From Octopus sinensis (taxonomy: Eukaryota), in assembly GCF_006345805.1 (NCBI RefSeq), contig NW_021832685.1, positions 1-29,961 on the forward strand: 29,961 nucleotides of DNA, in the 5' to 3' direction. The notes under the pieces are model-generated. The model had not been told where the DNA came from. It saw nothing but the letters and a program-made list of their open reading frames with translations, and searched no databases. Positions 24,869 through 29,961 of the stretch are shown one piece after another. A program made the position numbers and the translations under genes. The stretch's first letter is position 1, and every line of letters starts with the position of its first letter.

Positions 24869-25533
24869 CAGTAATCCCTCACCATATCGCGGTTCACCTA
24901 TCGCGGTTCACCTATCGCGGTTTATTATTTACGCTTGCGTCAATTCCTCTGTGGTTTTATTTTGCATTTATAATGAAATTAACATATACAAATTATAGAA
25001 GTAATAAAAAAATATATATACATACAGGCGCAGGAGTGGCTGTGTGGTAAGTAGCTTGCTAACCAGCCACATGGTTCCGGGTTCAGTCCCACTGCATGGC
25101 ACCTTGGGCAAGAGTCTTCTGCTATAGCCCCGGGCCGACCAATGCCTTGTGAGTGGATTTGGTAGACGGAAACTGAAAGAAGCCTGTCGTATATATGTAT
25201 ATATATATATATGTATGTTTGTGTTTGTGTGTCTGTGTTTGTCCCCCTAGCATTGCTTGACAAACGATGCTGGAGTCTTTACGTCCCCGTCACTTAGCGG
25301 TTCGGCAAAAGAGACCGATAGAATAAGTACTGGGCTTACAAAGAATAAGTCCTGGGGTCGATTTTCCCGACTAAAGGCGGTGCTCCAGCATGGCCGCAGT
25401 CAAATGACTGAAACAATTAAAAGAGAGTAAAAAAAGAGAGTAATACAGTACAGTACTATTTATACTTCGCGGATTTTCACCAATTGCTTCGGGGTTTTGG
25501 AACTTTACACCCGTGATAGACGAGGGATTACTG
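24869..25533. mobile_element. pogo/Tigger-like MITE with nested SINE
   Basis: TA-CAGTAATCCCTC (24869-24880) ... GAGGGATTACTG-TA (25522-25533); TIR similarity extends imperfectly to ~25 bp; internal tandem tatcgcggttcacc. Confidence 0.88.
25028..25442 (+). mobile_element. Full-length tRNA-derived SINE with internal (TA)/(TG) microsatellite
   Basis: A-box tggctgtgtgg, B-box-like ggttcagtccc, core ccttgggcaagagtctt, internal microsatellite, tail gcagtcaaatgactgaaac + (aaaagagagt)2; possible TSD atacag at 25022-25027 and 25443-25448. Confidence 0.9.
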
Positions 25534-25867
25534 TAAGGTTTTTACTTTTTCATACATTCTGTAGACATCTTCGTAACGAAACAAATATTTATTAAACAAG
25601 AGCAAGACTAATATTTTTAACACTTCCAGTAGAAGAACATCGTAAAGTAATGAAAGTAATGTTTTTGTATTTTTTTTGACAAAGCTATTTAAATTAATGG
25701 TTTTAATTAGTAGGTTCATTAAATCCGATTTAATGCACTTTTTTTTACATTGATAAATATATCATAACAAATGTAAAACAAAAATTATCATTTACTTGAA
25801 ATATTAAAAATATGCATTTCTTGCAAACATAACGAACATCTAAGAACAGGTGGCACTTGTTTCTGTA

Positions 25868-25876
25868 TACACACAT

Positions 25877-25939
<63 letters not shown>

Positions 25940-26280
25940 CACATGCTTGTGTATGTATGTGTATACACAGATACGTACACACACACACATACACACATAC
26001 ATATATATATGTATGTCTGCATATGTATACGTACATACATACATATGTAATATACGTATGTGTGATTGAGCGGATGCCAAAAGCAGCATGCACATGTGTG
26101 TGTGTTTGTATTGCATACGCAAGTGTATTAACTAAGAATTTGTACCATGGTCGAACAATTTATATATTAGAACAAACACTCCACCATTATAAATGATGTT
26201 TGTACATGTTATTTAGTTTTTATTTAATCTCTAAATGCCACTTCGCCACTTCTAAACTAAGTAGATTATACACATCAGTT

Positions 26281-26341
<61 letters not shown>

Positions 26342-26382
26342 TATGTATGTATATGTATGTTTGTATGTATATGTATGTATAC
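25868..26382. repeat. (CA)n and (TA)n microsatellites interleaved with short unique sequence
   Basis: Direct read. Confidence 0.85.
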
Positions 26383-26389
26383 GCACACA

Positions 26390-27888
26390 AATTTTGACTA
26401 CCACTGCATGCGCTTTTCTAACTATTCAGAAAGTGGACATAAAAAATAATTAAATATGTGATCCTTTTCAACACCATCATTTTTTCACTGACGATGTATA
26501 AATCCTCAGTAGTGTGTATATTATCAGAGTCAAAGTCTCGTTGAAACGTAATTCCGAGTTTCACTTTTCAATTACTGAAAACTAGAAAAGGATTGTGGAA
26601 ACATAAGCACATACATTTGTGGAAAATCGCAATAATTTGTGTCAACAGTACATCAAGATATCATTGGTTGAGAAAATTTTTTTAAAGGATTTCACGTATG
26701 TGTCCAGTCATTATCATGCACAGAACATGTAGTGTTCTAATTTATTTGCATGTTAAAACATAGAATATATCATATCGACAGTAAGATGCCAAAAAATGAA
26801 ATGCAAAAATTCATGTGTATTAGTGAAACAGCAATTGTCGGTTGAGTTTCAGTACTGATGAATAAAAAATTTTAAACATGATTATTCTTGAGAATACGGA
26901 AATCGATTATACGGAATGAAAAGTTATTTAACCAGCAGGTAGTCGGAAAATACGTAATACATAGCAATTTCAATATTTTGGTGAAGATTGCAAAAGTCTC
27001 CAAAAGACTATTTTCTGGCACCATTAATATAGGAAGAGGTAATTCCTGTAATAGAACAGTTAGTCTTATAATTCGTAATAGTATCGTCCGTGAAATTGCA
27101 ATATTTGGGATATTAAAGTATTAAAGTTCTCTTTCTGAGTGGCTCAAGAATCATTTTTCTTTTGAAACGAATTTTCAGTTAGCCCGAAATAGCTGTTTGC
27201 TTCACCAACAAGGGAAAGATGTACTCGCTCCTGAGAAACATGAGCTTTAGAAAGACAATAAATGTAGTGTGTATTGCCATATGTCTACGTATATGCATTC
27301 AATATTGCATAAATAGTAAATAACAATTCATTGTATGTAATAGCGAAATATATTACTTTGGTCAATGTTAATGATCATTCGTGAAGCCACATTAAACCGG
27401 TATATGGTAGTGACTGTTGGAAAATAAAACAGTGCAAGCAAAGAGAATTCTTTTGCTGTGCTACAGAAAAAGAAGTATACACTCTTACATATAGTGTACA
27501 GGTGGTGTGATGTATATGTTTTAGCATAAATATTGGGAGATGGAGTTACGTTGTTTGAGATTTAATAAAATGTGTTAGACGTGTCATGGTGCAAGGTGTA
27601 GTTTATAGTATACAAAGAAAGAGGAATGTTATAACTATAGTTACTATTAAAGTATATAGGAAAACTGTATTTGTAATGGGATAGACAGGTGAGGGTTACG
27701 ATTTCTGTTATTGCAAACAATAAAAAATAATTTCTGTTAGTCTATAGAATTCACCGTAGAATTACTGTAGTGCGGTGTAGAGTTTGTTTTACAATACAGC
27801 GATAGTGAAATATTTGCATGGCAGAAAGTTTTCTAAATGTCACTGTGATACTACATATTTATTGTGCTTAATATTAGAATCTGTTTTA
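26390..27888 (-). other. Probable 3' UTR of the GPCR gene
   Basis: ~1.5 kb free of recognisable repeats directly after the stop; minus-strand AATAAA at 27885-27890, 26741-26746 and 26219-26224. Confidence 0.45.
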
Positions 27889-29775
27889 TTATTTATCGTT
27901 CTGAATCACAGTAAAAATACTACTTTCCCGATGTTTAATGGTTTTCTTTAATTTAGCCCAGAGTGATTTGTAGAGGCCAAAAACCCGTTTGTTTAGAACG
28001 AATACAGAACAAATAAAAATTCCCTGGGAACAGTTGAAGATCACAAATAAAATTCCAATGATGTTGAGCAGTAGACATATATTTTCGGTGGGCTGAGCAC
28101 CGCTGCTGATCCCTGACGAAGCGAATCCAAGGACCCAAGTGAATCCCATAACCACGGACATTTTCACATATAACATGACGTCATGCCGACCAGACACTGG
28201 GTGATTGAGGCGTAAATTGATGGTTTTGAGGTTGCGCCGGATGCAGTATATGGTCCTAATGAACATCACAACGTTAGTCAGTACGATACATATCAAAGGA
28301 ATTCCGAAAGCGATCAGAGATGCCAGTGGGTCTTGGATCCAGCATCCAAGGTGATGAGATGTACGTGCAGTATCCATTGATCTGTAGCTGTTGTTCAGCG
28401 ATTGATTGGATGGTTCTTGCATCATTTTATTTCTGACAATCGTCGTAGGATTCGCCTTTCCGTAACCAATAGTAACCGAAGGGGATATGTGACTAAATTC
28501 AATGACTAGGCAAGCAGCCACAATGAGGAGCGGTGCTCCCCAAGCATAAAGGGTGTAACGCGGTATGACCTTAGATTTTTGCCTCGGGGTCGGAAGTACA
28601 TTGACATGGCCGAATGTACGAAACAGATCGTACGACATAACATTCATCCAGAAGAATGAAGCAAGGAATAGGTAATGCAATGAAACTGCAACTGTAATAC
28701 AGGCTGCATCAGACTCTACAGATGCAGATACCAAAAATATGAAATCGGCCAAAAATAATGCCAATGTTAGGTTCATCATATTTATTCCTGGAATATTTCG
28801 AAGTTTAGAAAACAGACTGTATGTGATTAAAACAGCAAGAAGGGCAACCAGAGACAAAAGTCCAAATACAATTGTTAATATAATCTGTGAGAAAATTAAT
28901 TCTTCATTGCCTATATCGCAGCCTTTTACAATTGATCTGCGAAGTTTCATGGTTGATGGAATACAGATAACTATGGAACTGTCTTCATCAAACTGGTAAT
29001 CATCAATACCAAGGATATGTTGCCGAAAACTGACAGATTTATTTTCGAATATAGTGTACTCCTTCTTACTCAGAGATATTCTGCCGCATTTTTTATTTCT
29101 TATACGAGGTTTGTCACAGGTGAATACGAAACCAGAGACGTTAGCTTTGTTAAACCCAATTGTACTTTGGATAAATATTGTCAGATCGAACTCACCCTTT
29201 TGGTAAAAACGATCAGTTTTGTTTATGTAAATCAACTCCGATTTCGTCCCTCTACTTTCTAGAGTTACCATAGTGAACTGAGTATCTGTGTAATAACTCT
29301 TAATGCCATTCATACACCACATATTCGGCATTATGGTATCCGAGTCATTTTTCAACCCGACGACTGTTACGCGTGTTTCCTTAACATTTATCATAAAACT
29401 TTTACTTTGAATAAGAGAGTCCATTTCTTGTAATATTGATGATACACTCTTACCCCTCTCTTTTGTTGTATTAAGTGGCATAAGAATAAATGATATCTCC
29501 ATGGTAAATTTCTCCTCTTTGTCCGTATCCCTTGTGTTGGTTGATGAATACTCCTTGGAGAAAATGTCGCGATCGATGTGCATACTGTATCGCTTAGTAG
29601 GCAATCTTTGAATTATTAAATTGGCTGGGTTGGTTGGGCTTTCGGATTTGTGAACGGTAAAGTTCTGGATCCTATTTGCAGAAGTGTTGAGTAATTTACT
29701 CAACGACTCAATCATCATGTCTTTAAAGTCAGCTGTCAAGGCGATTAAATAGTCAGAAAATGTAACATTACGCCT
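27889..29775 (-). CDS. Family-B (secretin-like 7TM) Methuselah-like / adhesion-related GPCR, 5'-incomplete
   Basis: Frame open from 29775 to TAA at 27889-27891. Seven hydrophobic segments in ~28890-27990 with family-B motifs LITYSLFSKLRNIPG, HYLFLASFFWMNVMSYDL, YAWGAP, CWI, VMGFTW, NCSQGIFI. Cys-containing ectodomain with many N-glycosylation sequons. Confidence 0.93.
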   Translation of the reverse strand, partial: RRNVTFSDYLIALTADFKDMMIESLSKLLNTSANRIQNFTVHKSESPTNPANLIIQRLPTKRYSMHIDRDIFSKEYSSTNTRDTDKEEKFTMEISFILMPLNTTKERGKSVSSILQEMDSLIQSKSFMINVKETRVTVVGLKNDSDTIMPNMWCMNGIKSYYTDTQFTMVTLESRGTKSELIYINKTDRFYQKGEFDLTIFIQSTIGFNKANVSGFVFTCDKPRIRNKKCGRISLSKKEYTIFENKSVSFRQHILGIDDYQFDEDSSIVICIPSTMKLRRSIVKGCDIGNEELIFSQIILTIVFGLLSLVALLAVLITYSLFSKLRNIPGINMMNLTLALFLADFIFLVSASVESDAACITVAVSLHYLFLASFFWMNVMSYDLFRTFGHVNVLPTPRQKSKVIPRYTLYAWGAPLLIVAACLVIEFSHISPSVTIGYGKANPTTIVRNKMMQEPSNQSLNNSYRSMDTARTSHHLGCWIQDPLASLIAFGIPLICIVLTNVVMFIRTIYCIRRNLKTINLRLNHPVSGRHDVMLYVKMSVVMGFTWVLGFASSGISSGAQPTENICLLLNIIGILFVIFNCSQGIFICSVFVLNKRVFGLYKSLWAKLKKTIKHRESSIFTVIQNDK

Positions 29776-29961
29776 TTAAAACAACCAATGTTCATGATGT
29801 CTTTCCTCCTGAAAAGATTTTCGGGTGATTCCTTTTCCACTTTCGATGGTGCGTTTCCTACGATTTCTTCACAAGAATCCTGCACAAAGGGGACATACCT
29901 TGTTCACGATAACAGGACGACACACGTTATTCGTTGGGTCACAAAATTCTTCTGTTGATTA

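Noticed and set aside
27953-29262. Plus-strand ORFs overlapping the GPCR
   Set aside because: Antisense shadows of the real CDS

Overview
Eukaryotic, AT-rich, microsatellite-dense genomic DNA. The SINE, Tc1/mariner and Penelope-like sequences and the repeat load suggest a coleoid cephalopod, probably Octopus (pattern recognition, not a database match). The only real protein-coding region is an uninterrupted minus-strand ORF at the right end (27889-29775) encoding a family-B, Methuselah-like/adhesion-related 7TM GPCR; its 5' part is frameshifted and runs off the window. The rest is intergenic or intronic: several tRNA-derived SINE families (some with clean TSDs), two decayed DD37D/maT-type transposase copies, a mariner 5' fragment, two RTE LINE fragments, a non-autonomous Helitron, a pogo/Tigger-like MITE with a nested SINE, and Penelope-like terminal fragments. 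Most unusual: a ~135-bp-arm inverted repeat carrying a minimal hammerhead-ribozyme core, a second hammerhead-like motif, a 34-bp hairpin, and three SINE copies stacked at one repeated target site. I found no convincing wholly new biological system; nearly all other ORF-track entries are microsatellite artefacts.
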